This document shows, one piece after another, positions 1 to 10,426 of a DNA stretch of 64,000 nucleotides. This DNA comes from Gammaproteobacteria bacterium. Lineage in GTDB: Bacteria; Pseudomonadota; Gammaproteobacteria; Natronospirales; JAIVGZ01. Numbering within the stretch: the stretch's first letter is position 1; the number at the start of each line of letters is the position of its first letter. Location: positions 40,779-104,778 of the forward strand of contig JBBEAN010000015.1 of NCBI GenBank assembly GCA_040882865.1. The letters run 5' to 3'. The position numbers and the translations under genes were made by a program. Under the pieces are notes generated by a model, which was not told the origin of the DNA, did not search any database, and was given only the letters and a program-made list of their open reading frames with translations.

Positions 1-135
1 TCGGCCCAAATCCCAAGCGCCCCGGGCGTTCGTCTGCCGTGCTGCGGTTTTCGCCACGTCATGTGGGGATTGTTGCGTCGGCGCAACATTTTGGACGAAG
101 GTCGGTTTGCCCCTGATTTAATCGGGATTGGCGTG

Positions 136-164
136 TTGACACCGATACAACATCGCGTTCTAAT
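136..164 (+). promoter_or_regulatory. candidate sigma70-type promoter for the TonB-dependent receptor gene
   Basis: TTGACA (136-141), 17-nt spacer, TCTAAT (159-164). This would leave a ~140-nt leader before ATG 310. Confidence 0.4.
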
Positions 165-309
165 CGAGTCGGGTTGGCGACTGTTGTATGCCAAACACCA
201 CATGGCTGTGACGGTACACGGTGGCATGACAACCGTGAACGGTCGCGGTAACGGGTACCCGGCACAAGTTCGTAATAAGAGCCGGGCACAACTTCAGAGG
301 AGTTAGTAC

Positions 310-2994
310 ATGAAGACAGCAACTACGTTTGGAGCGAATGCGCTCCGGTGGTCGGTGTCGCTGGCGCTCGGCGTCGGCATGACATCCACCGCTGGTGTCG
401 CTTTCGCGCAAGACGCGGATGCAGACGACGAGGACCTCACGGGTCGCGTCGAAGTCACGGGTTCGCGCATCAAGCGTGCGGACATCGAGGGCGCGCTTCC
501 GGTCACGGTCATCGACCGTAACCAGATCGAGCTTTCCGGTGAGACGTCGGTCGCCGATCTGCTTCGCAACACCACCTTCAACAGCTTCGGTTCGTTCCGT
601 CCGGCATCGGGTAGTTCGGCGCAGAGCTGGGCAGGCTTGAGCCTGCGCGGTCTCGGCGAAGGCCGCACCCTGATCCTGATCGACGGCCGTCGTGCTCCGG
701 TTGCGCCGCAGATTGGTGGCGCACAGGACTTGAACACGATTCCGCTCGCAGCGGTTGAGCGTATCGAAATCCTGTCCGACGGCGCATCGGCCATTTACGG
801 CACGGACGCAATCGGCGGCGTGGTCAACATCATCACCCGGAAGGATTTCACCGGCGTGCAGATGACCTACGGCATGGGCAAGCCTGCTCAGGAAGGCGGC
901 GATACGGAAGAGGGTTCCATTCTCTTCGGCGCGTCGAGCGACCGTGGCAGCGTGATGGGCGGCGCTTCGTTCAACAAGCGCGACATCGTGTTCCAGCGGC
1001 ACCGTCCTTGGTCCACAGGTGGCGCGTCCGTGTACGGCAACAACCTGCTGTACTCGGGTGGTGGTGTGCGTGCGTTCGGTTACGTCGACGATCCCGTTCA
1101 CGGGTCAGCGTACCCGGGCGCGTGCGACATGCCGGGATACTCGCTGTCCGGCACGGGTGCCACGACTCGTTGCGTGTTCGACTTCACGTCGACCGCGGCG
1201 GACGAAGCGTCGATCAACAACTCAGCCGCGTTCATCCGCGGTAACTACCGGATCAACGACATCTGGTCGACCTACTTCGGCGCAGGCGTCACGCGCGTGA
1301 AGTCGTTCGGTCGGTATGCGCCGGTTCCGGACTTCGGGTTTATCCCGTCGGGTACGCCGAACCACCCGTACGATGGCGATCCCGCCGGTCCGTACTACGA
1401 TCCGACCCACCCGGCCTTCGGTGAAGACCTCTACGTCTACCACCGTTACGCCGCACTGGGTAACCGCGACGCGTTCATCGACTCCAACGTCTACGACGTG
1501 GGCTTCGGCTTCCAGGGCACCATCGGCATGTTCGACATCGATGTCGGCATGCGCCGGAACGAGTTCAAGTACATCGACCTCGGCCGGAACTACCTGGTCC
1601 GCGCGACCGCGCGGAACTTCATCGGGAGCGGCCAGTACGACCTGTCCGACCCGTTCGGCAACCCGCCCAGCATCCTGAATGCGATGAAGGCGACAATCAG
1701 CCGCGAGAGCCTCACCCGGCTCGAGGAGCTGTATGCGATCGCGAACACCGATCTGCCGTTCGAAATGTCGGGCGGCGTGGTTGGCTTGGCCTTCGGTGCG
1801 GAATACCGCGAAGAAGACTACAGCGACCAGTACGACTCGCTGTCGGAAGCCGGCCAGATCGGCGGCTCCGCGGGTAACTCCGCAGGCCTCGGCCGTGACG
1901 TCACCGCGATGTTCTTCGAGGTGCTGTTGCCGGTCATGCCGGACCTCGAGGTCTCGGTTGCCGGTCGTCACGACAAGTACAGTGACTACGGCAGCGACTT
2001 CTCGCCGAAAATTTCGGCGCGTTGGCAGCCGATGGACACCGTGACCCTGCGCGCTTCGTATGGCGAAGGTTTCGCGGCTCCGACGCTGGACTTGCTCAGC
2101 CTGTCGCCGTCGTCGTCCGCGGACTTCACCACGGACGAGGCGACTTGCGTAGCCTTGGGTCTGACCTTTGACGACGGCACTTGCTACAACGCCCAAGGGA
2201 ACGCCCAAAGCCCGCAGGTCACGATGTTCGTCATCGCGAACCCGAACCTCGGTTCGGAGCAGTCGAAGCAGTTCTCCCTCGGCGGCGCATGGGATGCCAA
2301 CGAGTGGCTGAATCTGTCCCTCGACTACTACAACATCAAGATCGACAATCGTATCTCGGGCATCACGCTGAATACGATCATCAACTGTCTCTCGGGTGCC
2401 GTGCCGTGTCCTCCGGGCGTTTCTGCCCTGCCGACCGCGCCGTTCGTCCCGGGTTTCACGGGTGACCCGGCGTTGGGTCTTGGTATCGCACGCGACCCCG
2501 CAACCGGCCGGATCATCGGCGGTCAGCGTGGCTTCGTGAACCGCGGTAACGTCGAGACGAGCGGTCTGGACCTGAATGTTCGTACCAACTTCGCCTTCGG
2601 CGCATTCGGTACCCTTCAGAACCAGCTGCAGATCGGCTACGTGCTGGACTACACGCAGGATGGCGGCACCGACTTCGTCGGTACGTCCGGCGTGCCGGAA
2701 ATGCGCGCGATGCTCGGCAACGCATGGAGCTATGGTGACTTCCAGGTCGTCTTTAACTCCAGCTACATTGCGAGCACCGACAACGCGGCCGGCAACGGCA
2801 CGACCAGCTCGTGGCTGACGCATGACCTCCAGGTGAACTACCACGCTCCGTGGAATGGTCGCCTGACGGTCGGCGTCGACAACCTCACGGACAAGGCTCC
2901 GCCGCTGGATGGCGCGCTTGCCCGCGGTTTCGACACGTCGCTGTACGATCCGTATGGCCGCGTGCCGTACATCCGCTACACCCAAACCTTCTAA
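310..2994 (+). CDS. TonB-dependent outer-membrane receptor
   Basis: 894-aa ORF with SD AGAGGAG upstream and a signal peptide ending AFAQ. Plug-domain motif TGSRIKRADIEGALPVTVIDRNQIELSG. C-terminal aromatic residue (..RYTQTF) typical of OM beta-barrels. Confidence 0.9.
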   Translation: MKTATTFGANALRWSVSLALGVGMTSTAGVAFAQDADADDEDLTGRVEVTGSRIKRADIEGALPVTVIDRNQIELSGETSVADLLRNTTFNSFGSFRPASGSSAQSWAGLSLRGLGEGRTLILIDGRRAPVAPQIGGAQDLNTIPLAAVERIEILSDGASAIYGTDAIGGVVNIITRKDFTGVQMTYGMGKPAQEGGDTEEGSILFGASSDRGSVMGGASFNKRDIVFQRHRPWSTGGASVYGNNLLYSGGGVRAFGYVDDPVHGSAYPGACDMPGYSLSGTGATTRCVFDFTSTAADEASINNSAAFIRGNYRINDIWSTYFGAGVTRVKSFGRYAPVPDFGFIPSGTPNHPYDGDPAGPYYDPTHPAFGEDLYVYHRYAALGNRDAFIDSNVYDVGFGFQGTIGMFDIDVGMRRNEFKYIDLGRNYLVRATARNFIGSGQYDLSDPFGNPPSILNAMKATISRESLTRLEELYAIANTDLPFEMSGGVVGLAFGAEYREEDYSDQYDSLSEAGQIGGSAGNSAGLGRDVTAMFFEVLLPVMPDLEVSVAGRHDKYSDYGSDFSPKISARWQPMDTVTLRASYGEGFAAPTLDLLSLSPSSSADFTTDEATCVALGLTFDDGTCYNAQGNAQSPQVTMFVIANPNLGSEQSKQFSLGGAWDANEWLNLSLDYYNIKIDNRISGITLNTIINCLSGAVPCPPGVSALPTAPFVPGFTGDPALGLGIARDPATGRIIGGQRGFVNRGNVETSGLDLNVRTNFAFGAFGTLQNQLQIGYVLDYTQDGGTDFVGTSGVPEMRAMLGNAWSYGDFQVVFNSSYIASTDNAAGNGTTSSWLTHDLQVNYHAPWNGRLTVGVDNLTDKAPPLDGALARGFDTSLYDPYGRVPYIRYTQTF

Positions 2995-3014
2995 GACTTC
3001 GGTCTTGTGGTTGG

Positions 3015-3043
3015 AAAGGGGCCCTTCGGGGCCCCTTTTTTTT
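3015..3043 (+). terminator. rho-independent terminator after the receptor gene
   Basis: GGGGCCC-TTCG-GGGCCCC stem-loop (3018-3035) followed by T8 (3036-3043). Confidence 0.85.
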
Positions 3044-3229
3044 GCGGCGCATCGCGACTGTCAATCCTCGAATCACCCCGCGGCCGCTACGGGCTGCGCA
3101 CCTCGAGCCGCTCGCTGTCTGTTCTTAAAATCCTCAGGTGGCCTCCGGGAACCCGACTCGCTTTCGAGGTGCGAGCCACGCTTCGCGGCTTCGCGGCATG
3201 CCCAGCACGCCGTCGCTTGGGTGCTACAG

Positions 3230-3256
3230 GTGGGAGCGGCGCTCCGCGCCGCGATT
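3230..3256 (+). repeat. REP-like palindromic element
   Basis: GTGGGAGCGGCGC-TCC-GCGCCGCGATT. Same family as the copies at 6564, 13204, 16789, 23123, 34877, 35100 and 52927. Confidence 0.7.
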
Positions 3257-3274
3257 GGTTGGTATCCTTCACGC

Positions 3275-4192
3275 ATGGGGGCATCCGAACGGCAGCAGGC
3301 GTGGACGCGGTACTGGCAGAGCGGCGCATTGCACTCATGTGCCGGTTCTTATGACGGGAACTACGGCGGCGCGATTGCGGCGTTCTGGCACGCGCGCTTC
3401 GCCGACGTGACGGCGTCGATGCGTGTGTTGGACCTGTGTACGGGCAACGGTCCGCTGCCCGCGTTGCTACTCGCTCGGTTCGACGGCCAACCGGCGCCGC
3501 GCATCGACGCGGTCGACTTCGCGGAGCCGCGGCCAGCCTGGGCGAACGCCGACCGCATCACTTTCCACGCGCGCACTTCGATCGAATCGCTGCCGTTCGA
3601 GGACGCGGCATTCGACCGCGTGTACAGCCAATTCGGGTTCGAGTACGCGGACACCACTCGCGCCCTCGCGGAAGCGCTGCGTGTGCTCTCTCCGAACGGT
3701 GAGCTCGCCTTGGTCTGCCACCACGCCGGGTCATGGCTCGCCGAGGTCGCGGCCGAAGAGGTCGCACATCTCGAGTGGCTCACGGCGAACGACGCGCCCG
3801 ACATAGCAGCCGCCGTCGCGCCTGCGGCGGCACGCGGCGGCATACCCGCCGCAATGGCGGACACCGCGTTCGATGCATTGATGCGCGCGCTCGCTGCGCG
3901 CGCTCGCGTAGCGAGACTGCCCGATGCCCTCCATGACGCGGGCAACGCGCTCGGCGGGCTGGTGGAACTCGCTGCGGCGCGCGGCGAATCCGCGGCCTGC
4001 GCGGCCGCCGAAAGCTGGCGCACGGCCATCAAGGATGCGCGCTTGCGCTCGTCGGAACTCGTGGAACACGCGCTGGATGCGGACGCGGTCAACGCGCTCG
4101 CCACCATGTTGCGTGGCGGCGGCCGCGGCTGTGAGGTCGGAGAACTGCGGGAGGGCGATTATCTGGTCGGCTGGACGGTCGTCAGCCGATGA
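3275..4192 (+). CDS. class I SAM-dependent methyltransferase
   Basis: The ORF 2909-4192 crosses the terminator and a REP, so the start was moved to ATG 3275 (MGASERQQAW..). SAM-binding motif VLDLCTGNG. No clear SD. Confidence 0.7.
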   Translation: MGASERQQAWTRYWQSGALHSCAGSYDGNYGGAIAAFWHARFADVTASMRVLDLCTGNGPLPALLLARFDGQPAPRIDAVDFAEPRPAWANADRITFHARTSIESLPFEDAAFDRVYSQFGFEYADTTRALAEALRVLSPNGELALVCHHAGSWLAEVAAEEVAHLEWLTANDAPDIAAAVAPAAARGGIPAAMADTAFDALMRALAARARVARLPDALHDAGNALGGLVELAAARGESAACAAAESWRTAIKDARLRSSELVEHALDADAVNALATMLRGGGRGCEVGELREGDYLVGWTVVSR

Positions 4193-4628
4193 TTTGGGTC
4201 TGCCAATGCTCGTCCTGCTCGGTCAGCGCGTAGAGCGCCTCAGCCTTTCGCGTGATCTCTGCGCTGGCCGCCGTGAACACCTTCGGATCGTCAGCGCTTC
4301 GGCCGACCGACTGCGATTCTGCGAGGCGCGCGGCCTGCAGCTGCCACTTCATCGCAAAATGCTTCGCCGCCTCACGCGCCGACGTCGCCTGCTTCAAAGC
4401 GAGGTGGTCGGTCGGGATGTCGCCGGAGATCACCCAGAACGCTTTCGCCGGGTTTGATTTCGACGTGACCGTACCGATGCAAAGCCGCCCCGGCAACGCC
4501 CAGGCAATCGCGACCTCGACCTTGCCGTCGATCAACGAGTGCTTGAACAAGTGGGTCGCGTGGCTGTTCAATTCCTTGCTCAGCCATGCCTCATACGCGG
4601 CTTGCGCCTGATTTTCGTTTTCGGTCAT
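4182..4628 (-). CDS. hypothetical protein, DUF4826-like (recalled from the WVISGDIPTD motif)
   Basis: Start set to ATG 4628 (MTENENQAQAAYEAW..), 18 nt downstream of the icmF stop. Converges on and overlaps the methyltransferase 3' end by 11 nt. Confidence 0.55.
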   Translation of the reverse strand: MTENENQAQAAYEAWLSKELNSHATHLFKHSLIDGKVEVAIAWALPGRLCIGTVTSKSNPAKAFWVISGDIPTDHLALKQATSAREAAKHFAMKWQLQAARLAESQSVGRSADDPKVFTAASAEITRKAEALYALTEQDEHWQTQIIG

Positions 4629-4645
4629 ATCGGTCCCTGGTTGAA

Positions 4646-7600
4646 TTACATGTTGCGGCGATAACGGCCACCGACCGCGTACAGCGCGTTCGATATCTGG
4701 CCGAGAGAACACACCTTCACGGTCTCAAGCAATTCCTCGAATACGTTGCCGCCGGTGCGGGCGACTTGCTGCAGCTTGGCGAGCGCTTTCGGCGCCTCGT
4801 CCGCATGACGCGCCTGGAATGCGCGGATGTTGTCGATCTGCTGGCGCTTCTCTTCCTCGGTCGAGCGGATCAGCTCGACGGCCCCTTCCCCGTCAGCCGT
4901 TTCGTCGGCGTCATGCGGCTGGAACGTGTTCACGCCGACGATCGGGAGACGGCCGTCGTGCTTCAGCGCTTCGTAATGCAGACTCTCTTCCTGGATCTTG
5001 CCGCGCTGGTACATCGTTTCCATCGCGCCGAGCACGCCGCCGCGCTCCGAGATTCGCTCGAATTCCTGGTACACGGCCTCCTCGACCAGGTCCGTGAGTT
5101 CTTCGATGATGAATGCGCCCTGCAATGGGTTTTCGTTCTTGTTCAGGCCGAGCTCGCGGTTGATGATCAGCTGGATTGCGAGCGCGCGCCGCACCGACTC
5201 CTCGGTCGGCGTCGTGATCGCTTCGTCGTACGCATTCGTATGAAGGCTGTTGCAGTTGTCATACAAGGCGTAAAGCGCCTGTAGCGTCGTGCGGATGTCG
5301 TTGAACTGGATTTCCTGCGCGTGTAGCGAACGGCCGGAGGTCTGGATGTGGTACTTCAGCATCTGACTACGCGGCCCCGCGCCGTAACGTTCGCGCATCG
5401 CGCGCGCCCAGATGCGGCGCGCGACCCGGCCGATCACCGCGTACTCGGGGTCCATGCCGTTCGAGAAGAAGAACGACAGATTCGGCGCGAAGCTGTCGAT
5501 GTCCATGCCGCGCGCGAGATAGTACTCGACGATGGTGAAGCCATTCGCGAGCGTGAACGCGAGTTGGCTGATCGGGTTAGCGCCCGCCTCGGCGATGTGA
5601 TACCCGGAAATCGAGACGCTGTAGAAATTCCGTACGCCGTTGCCGCTGAAGTACGACTGCACGTCGCCCATCATGCGCAGCGCGAAGTCCGTCGAGAAGA
5701 TGCACGTGTTCTGCGCTTGGTCCTCTTTCAGGATGTCGGCCTGTACCGTGCCGCGGACCTGCGACAATGCCTGCTTGCGCATTTCGGCATAGGTCGCTTC
5801 GTCGACGACCTTGTCGCCGGCCACGCCAAGCAGCCCGAGGCCGAATCCCTCGCTACCGCGCGGCAGCGAGCCGCTGTATTCGGGGAGGTCACCCGACGGG
5901 AACGCGGCGCCAGCCGTCTTCATGTGGCGCTCGACCTGCTGGTCGATCGCGGCGTTCATGAACATCGCGAGGATGATCGGCGCGGGCCCGTTGATCGTCA
6001 TCGACACGGATGTCGTCGGCGAGCACAGGTCAAAGCCCGAGTAGAGCTTCTTCATGTCGTCGACGGTCGCGATCGACACACCGGAATTACCGATGCGGCC
6101 GTAAATGTCGGGCCGCTCGTCGGGGTCTTCGCCGTACAGCGTCACGGAATCGAATGCGGTCGAAAGACGCGTCGCGGGTTGCCCCGCCGCGACATAATGG
6201 AAACGGCGGTTCGTGCGCTCCGGCGTGCCCTCGCCGGCGAACATGCGCGCCGGGTCCTCGGCGAGCCGGCGGTACGGGTACACGCCCGCTGTGTAGGGGT
6301 AATGGCCCGGCAAGTTTTCCTCGGCGAGGAAACGCAACAAGTCGCCCCAATCGCGCGATTTCGGCACCGCGATTTTTGGCACTTTCAGGTGCGACAGCGA
6401 TTCGGTGTAGTTCTCACCGGTGATCTCGCGGTCGCGCACCGTGTACGCGTAAGTCTCGGCGCGCACCGCATCGCGCAGCGCCGGCCATCCGCGCAACAGC
6501 TTTAGCCCCTCCGCCCCGATCGCCTCCAGCGCCTCGTTATAGGCTTCGTATAACCCGGGCGCCGTGGGAGCGACGCTCCGCGTCGCGATTTGCTGGGAAT
6601 CTGCAGCTTTCTCGAACGGAGCCGGCAACGCCTCATCCCGCAGCGCCTGCATCGCCACCCAGCACCCGTACGCCGTGCTCGCTGCCTCTGCCTGCGCATC
6701 GATTGCACGGTGCACGCCACGCCCCTGGTCCGCAATTTCCGCGAGGTAGCGCACGCGTTTCGGTGGAATCAGCGCCTCGCGGCCACTACCCTCGACCGGC
6801 AGGTCGAGGTCCGTGCGCCACGCGGCCGCATCGAGGCCGAGCTTCTCGACCATGCGTGCGACGAGCGCAGTGAACAAGCGGTTCACGCCGGGATCGTTGA
6901 ACTGGCTCGCGATGGTCGGATAGACCGGAATCTTGTCGTCCGGCACCTTGAACGCGACGCGATTGCGTTTCCACTGCTTTCGCACGTCGCGCAACGCATC
7001 CTCGGCGCCACGTTTCTCGAATTTGTTCAGCACCACGACCTCAGCGAAATCGAGCATGTCGATTTTCTCGAGCTGGCTCGCCGCGCCGTACTCGGACGTC
7101 ATCACGTAAATCGGGAAATCCACGAGGTCCACGACTTCAGAGTCGCTCTGGCCGATGCCCGCCGTCTCGACGATGATCAGCCCGAAGCCACACGACTTCA
7201 GGAACTGGATCGTGTCGGTCAGGATCGCGCTCGTCGCGGCGTGTGCGCGACGCGTCGCGATTGAGCGCATGAAAATGCGCTCATCCGCCAGCGTGTTCAT
7301 GCGAATCCGGTCACCGAGCAGCGCGCCACCGGTGCGACGGCGCGTCGGGTCGACTGCGAGCACCGCAATGTCGAGGTCCGGATACGCTTGACGGAATCGG
7401 TTCAACAACTCGTCGGTGAGGCTCGACTTGCCGGCGCCGCCGGTGCCGGTGATGCCGAGCACCGGCGGTGTGTTCTCGGTCTCGCGCCACGCGCGACGCA
7501 GCCCGTCGAGAACGCGGTTGCCCCCTTCCGTTTCGTCCTGCTCGAGCAGCGAGATGGTTCGGCCGAGCTGCTGGTGCGCTCCGGGCGCCGTGCGGCCGGG

Positions 7601-8074
7601 CTTGAAGGCGGGCCGCTGCCATGCGCGGATACGCGCATAAACATCGTCGATCATGCCGTCGAGGCCCATGCGCATGCCATCGCCCGGTGTATAGACTTTT
7701 TCGACGCCGTACGACTCGAGCTCCGTGATTTCGTGGGGCGCAATCGTGCCACCGCCGCCGACGACGATTCGGACATGTTCCGCCCCCGCGTCGCGCAGCA
7801 TGTCCACCATATACTTGAAGTACTCCATGTGACCGCCTTGATAAGAGCTCACGGCGATGCCGTCGGCGTCCTCTTGGAGTGCGGCGCGCACAATCTCCGC
7901 GACGGCGCGGTTGTGCCCGAGGTGGATGACCTCTGCGCCGTGAGCCTGCAGTAGCCGCCGGATGATGTTGATCGCGGCATCATGGCCATCGAACAGGGAC
8001 GCGGCCGTGATGAAGCGCAACGGGGGGGTTGCGCCCGTGGCGGCGTGCTCCAGGGGCTTGGCGGCGGTGCTCAT
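4646..8074 (-). CDS. icmF: fused isobutyryl-CoA mutase IcmF (B12-binding domain + MeaB-type G-protein + mutase domain)
   Basis: 1142 aa. N-terminal B12 domain ([16 protein letters not shown]). Central P-loop [14 protein letters not shown]-terminal methylmalonyl-CoA-mutase-like catalytic domain. Confidence 0.9.
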   Translation of the reverse strand: MSTAAKPLEHAATGATPPLRFITAASLFDGHDAAINIIRRLLQAHGAEVIHLGHNRAVAEIVRAALQEDADGIAVSSYQGGHMEYFKYMVDMLRDAGAEHVRIVVGGGGTIAPHEITELESYGVEKVYTPGDGMRMGLDGMIDDVYARIRAWQRPAFKPGRTAPGAHQQLGRTISLLEQDETEGGNRVLDGLRRAWRETENTPPVLGITGTGGAGKSSLTDELLNRFRQAYPDLDIAVLAVDPTRRRTGGALLGDRIRMNTLADERIFMRSIATRRAHAATSAILTDTIQFLKSCGFGLIIVETAGIGQSDSEVVDLVDFPIYVMTSEYGAASQLEKIDMLDFAEVVVLNKFEKRGAEDALRDVRKQWKRNRVAFKVPDDKIPVYPTIASQFNDPGVNRLFTALVARMVEKLGLDAAAWRTDLDLPVEGSGREALIPPKRVRYLAEIADQGRGVHRAIDAQAEAASTAYGCWVAMQALRDEALPAPFEKAADSQQIATRSVAPTAPGLYEAYNEALEAIGAEGLKLLRGWPALRDAVRAETYAYTVRDREITGENYTESLSHLKVPKIAVPKSRDWGDLLRFLAEENLPGHYPYTAGVYPYRRLAEDPARMFAGEGTPERTNRRFHYVAAGQPATRLSTAFDSVTLYGEDPDERPDIYGRIGNSGVSIATVDDMKKLYSGFDLCSPTTSVSMTINGPAPIILAMFMNAAIDQQVERHMKTAGAAFPSGDLPEYSGSLPRGSEGFGLGLLGVAGDKVVDEATYAEMRKQALSQVRGTVQADILKEDQAQNTCIFSTDFALRMMGDVQSYFSGNGVRNFYSVSISGYHIAEAGANPISQLAFTLANGFTIVEYYLARGMDIDSFAPNLSFFFSNGMDPEYAVIGRVARRIWARAMRERYGAGPRSQMLKYHIQTSGRSLHAQEIQFNDIRTTLQALYALYDNCNSLHTNAYDEAITTPTEESVRRALAIQLIINRELGLNKNENPLQGAFIIEELTDLVEEAVYQEFERISERGGVLGAMETMYQRGKIQEESLHYEALKHDGRLPIVGVNTFQPHDADETADGEGAVELIRSTEEEKRQQIDNIRAFQARHADEAPKALAKLQQVARTGGNVFEELLETVKVCSLGQISNALYAVGGRYRRNM
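6564..6590 (+). repeat. REP-like element embedded in the icmF coding region (antisense to the gene)
   Basis: GTGGGAGCGACGC-TCC-GCGTCGCGATT. Encodes ..[11 protein letters not shown].. in the linker between the G-protein and mutase domains. Confidence 0.65.
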
Positions 8075-8080
8075 TCGCGG

Positions 8081-8104
8081 ATTATAACGAACCTAGTTTA
8101 TAAT
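8081..8104. promoter_or_regulatory. divergent icmF / ldh control region with back-to-back -10 boxes forming an inverted repeat
   Basis: ATTATAAC (8081-8088) and GTTTATAAT (8096-8104) are near-perfect inverted repeats. On the minus strand TATAAT lies 6 nt before the icmF ATG. On the plus strand TATAAT (8099-8104) precedes a 56-nt ldh leader with SD AGGAGG. Confidence 0.45.
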
Positions 8105-8160
8105 CTGGCGGCTCCACGCCCGCATCTGGGCCAATCACCCCGAAACCAGGAGGACCCTCG

Positions 8161-9258
8161 ATGGAACTGTTCGCCACTGTGGAAACGATGGGCCACGAGC
8201 AAGTCGTTTTCTTCCACAGCCCCGACAACGGGCTCAAGGCGATCGTCGCCATCCACGATACGACCCTCGGTCCCGCCCTCGGCGGCCTCCGCATGTGGCC
8301 CTACGCGAGCGAGGGCGAGGCGTTGATGGACGTCCTCAGACTGTCGCGCGGCATGACCTACAAGGCCGCGGTCTCCGGCTTGAACCTCGGTGGCGGCAAG
8401 GCCGTACTGATTGGCGACCCAGGCAGCAAGAACGAGGCGATGTTCCGCGCGCTCGGCCGCTTCATCGATTCGCTCGGCGGCCGCTACATCACCGCCGAGG
8501 ACGTGAACACCAGTGTCCAGGACATGGACCACATCTTCCAGGAGACCGACCACGTCGTCGGCGTCCACCCGGTGCACGGCGGCTCAGGCGACCCGTCTCC
8601 GTTCACTGCATACGGTACGGTCCGCGGCATCCAGGCATCGCTGAACCGCAAGTACGGCCATAGCGACCTCGCAAAGGCGAGCTACGCAGTCCAGGGTGTC
8701 GGCCACGTCGGCATTCATGTCGTGAAGGCGTTGTGCGAGTCGGGCGCGAAAGTGTTCGTCACCGACATGAACAAGGACAAGGTCCAGGAGTGCGTCGAGG
8801 TCGGCGCCGAAGCCGTCGGGCTCGATGACATCTATGACGTCGACGCGAAGGTGTTTGTGCCGTGCGCGCTCGGCGCCGTGGTCAACGAGGAGACGATCCC
8901 ACGATTCAAGTTCGAGATCATCGCGGGGGCCGCGAACAACCAGCTCGCGAACGATGAGTGCGGTGACGAACTCGACAAACGCGGCATCGTCTACGCGCCC
9001 GACTACGCAATCAATGCGGGCGGCCTGATGAACGTGGCGATCGAGCTGCAGGGCTATGATCGTGAACGCGCGATGCGCATGGTCTCGACGATCTACAACA
9101 ACATCGAGAACATTTTCCGCTTCGCGGAACGGGATGGCATCCCGAGCTACCGCGCGGCCGACCGCGTCGCCGAGGAGCGCATCGCCGCGCTAGGGAAGGT
9201 CAAGATGCCACACGTCCGGCAATTGACCAACCGACTCGCCGGCCGCACACGCAAGTAG
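8161..9258 (+). CDS. ldh: leucine dehydrogenase (Glu/Leu/Phe/Val dehydrogenase family)
   Basis: 365 aa with SD AGGAGG. Motif [28 protein letters not shown]. Confidence 0.85.
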   Translation: MELFATVETMGHEQVVFFHSPDNGLKAIVAIHDTTLGPALGGLRMWPYASEGEALMDVLRLSRGMTYKAAVSGLNLGGGKAVLIGDPGSKNEAMFRALGRFIDSLGGRYITAEDVNTSVQDMDHIFQETDHVVGVHPVHGGSGDPSPFTAYGTVRGIQASLNRKYGHSDLAKASYAVQGVGHVGIHVVKALCESGAKVFVTDMNKDKVQECVEVGAEAVGLDDIYDVDAKVFVPCALGAVVNEETIPRFKFEIIAGAANNQLANDECGDELDKRGIVYAPDYAINAGGLMNVAIELQGYDRERAMRMVSTIYNNIENIFRFAERDGIPSYRAADRVAEERIAALGKVKMPHVRQLTNRLAGRTRK

Positions 9259-9268
9259 TGCGGGGCCT

Positions 9269-10426
9269 GTGATGGCATTCGACGTCAGCCTCGGAGAAGA
9301 CCTCGACCTGTTGCGCGATACCGTACGGCGCTTCGCCGAGGCCGAAATTGCTCCGCGTGCCGCCGAAATCGACGCGACCAACGAAGCCCCGTACGACCTG
9401 TGGCCAAAGCTCGGTGAGCTCGGCCTGCTGGGCCTGACCGTTTCCGAGGAATTCGGTGGTTCGGGTATGAGCTATCTCGCGCACCTCGTGGCAATGGAGG
9501 AAATCTCGCGCGCTTCCGCGTCCGTGGGTCTCTCGTACGGCGCGCATTCGAACCTGTGCGTGAACAATATTTACCTGAATGGCAGCGACGAGCAACGTCG
9601 TCGCTACCTGCCAAAACTCTGCAGCGGAGAATGGGTCGGTGCACTCGCAATGTCCGAGCCCGGCGCGGGTTCCGACGTGGTCGGCTCGATGAGCTGTACC
9701 GCCAAAGCGGACGGCGACGATTGGGTCGCGAACGGCAACAAAATGTGGATCACGAACGGCCCGCGCGCCGACGTCGTGGTCACCTACATGCGGACCGCAC
9801 CGAAATCGCAGGGCTCGCGCACAATCACCGCATTCATCGTCGAGAAAGGGCTCGCCGGCTACTCGACCGCGCAAAAGCTCGACAAGCTCGGCATGCGCGG
9901 CTCCGACACCTGCGAGCTTGTGTTCGAGGATTGCCGGATTCCCCGCGCAAACGTGCTCGGGGATATCAACGAGGGCGTACTGGTCCTGATGAAGGGCCTC
10001 GATACCGAGCGGCTCGTGCTCTCGGGCGGCCCACTCGGCATCATGCAGGCCGGGCTCGACGCCGTGTTGCCGTATGTGCGCGAGCGTGAGCAGTTCGACC
10101 GCCCCATCGGCAGCTTCGGCATCATCCAGGCGAAAGTCGCGGACATGTTCACGATGCTGCAATCGGCGCGCGCATACAGCTACCGCGTCGCGCAGCAGTT
10201 CGACGACGGCCGCAAGACGCGCATGGATGCGGCAGCCTGCCTGCTGTATGCGTCTGAGTGCGCGGTGAAAGTCTCTCTCGAGGCCATCCAATGCCTCGGG
10301 GGCAACGGCTATATCAACGAGTATCCGGTGGGCCGCCTGCTGCGAGACGCGAAACTGTACGACATCGGCGCCGGTACGAACGAGATCCGGCGCATGCTGA
10401 TAGGGAGAGAATTGATCAATGGTTGA
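9269..10426 (+). CDS. liuA: isovaleryl-CoA dehydrogenase
   Basis: 385 aa acyl-CoA dehydrogenase with IVD-like sequence ([11 protein letters not shown].., [14 protein letters not shown]). Start is GTG 9269 or ATG 9272. Confidence 0.9.
   Translation: MMAFDVSLGEDLDLLRDTVRRFAEAEIAPRAAEIDATNEAPYDLWPKLGELGLLGLTVSEEFGGSGMSYLAHLVAMEEISRASASVGLSYGAHSNLCVNNIYLNGSDEQRRRYLPKLCSGEWVGALAMSEPGAGSDVVGSMSCTAKADGDDWVANGNKMWITNGPRADVVVTYMRTAPKSQGSRTITAFIVEKGLAGYSTAQKLDKLGMRGSDTCELVFEDCRIPRANVLGDINEGVLVLMKGLDTERLVLSGGPLGIMQAGLDAVLPYVREREQFDRPIGSFGIIQAKVADMFTMLQSARAYSYRVAQQFDDGRKTRMDAAACLLYASECAVKVSLEAIQCLGGNGYINEYPVGRLLRDAKLYDIGAGTNEIRRMLIGRELING

Noticed and set aside
165-309. Cobalamin or TPP riboswitch in the receptor leader.
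   Set aside because: No B12-box-like or TPP (CTGAGA / ACCTGA) core motifs were found by eye. It is kept only as an unclassified structured leader.
2909-3274. N-terminal 122-codon extension of the methyltransferase ORF.
   Set aside because: It overlaps the receptor gene's 3' end and runs through the receptor gene's terminator hairpin/T-tract and a REP copy. The sequence is not protein-like.
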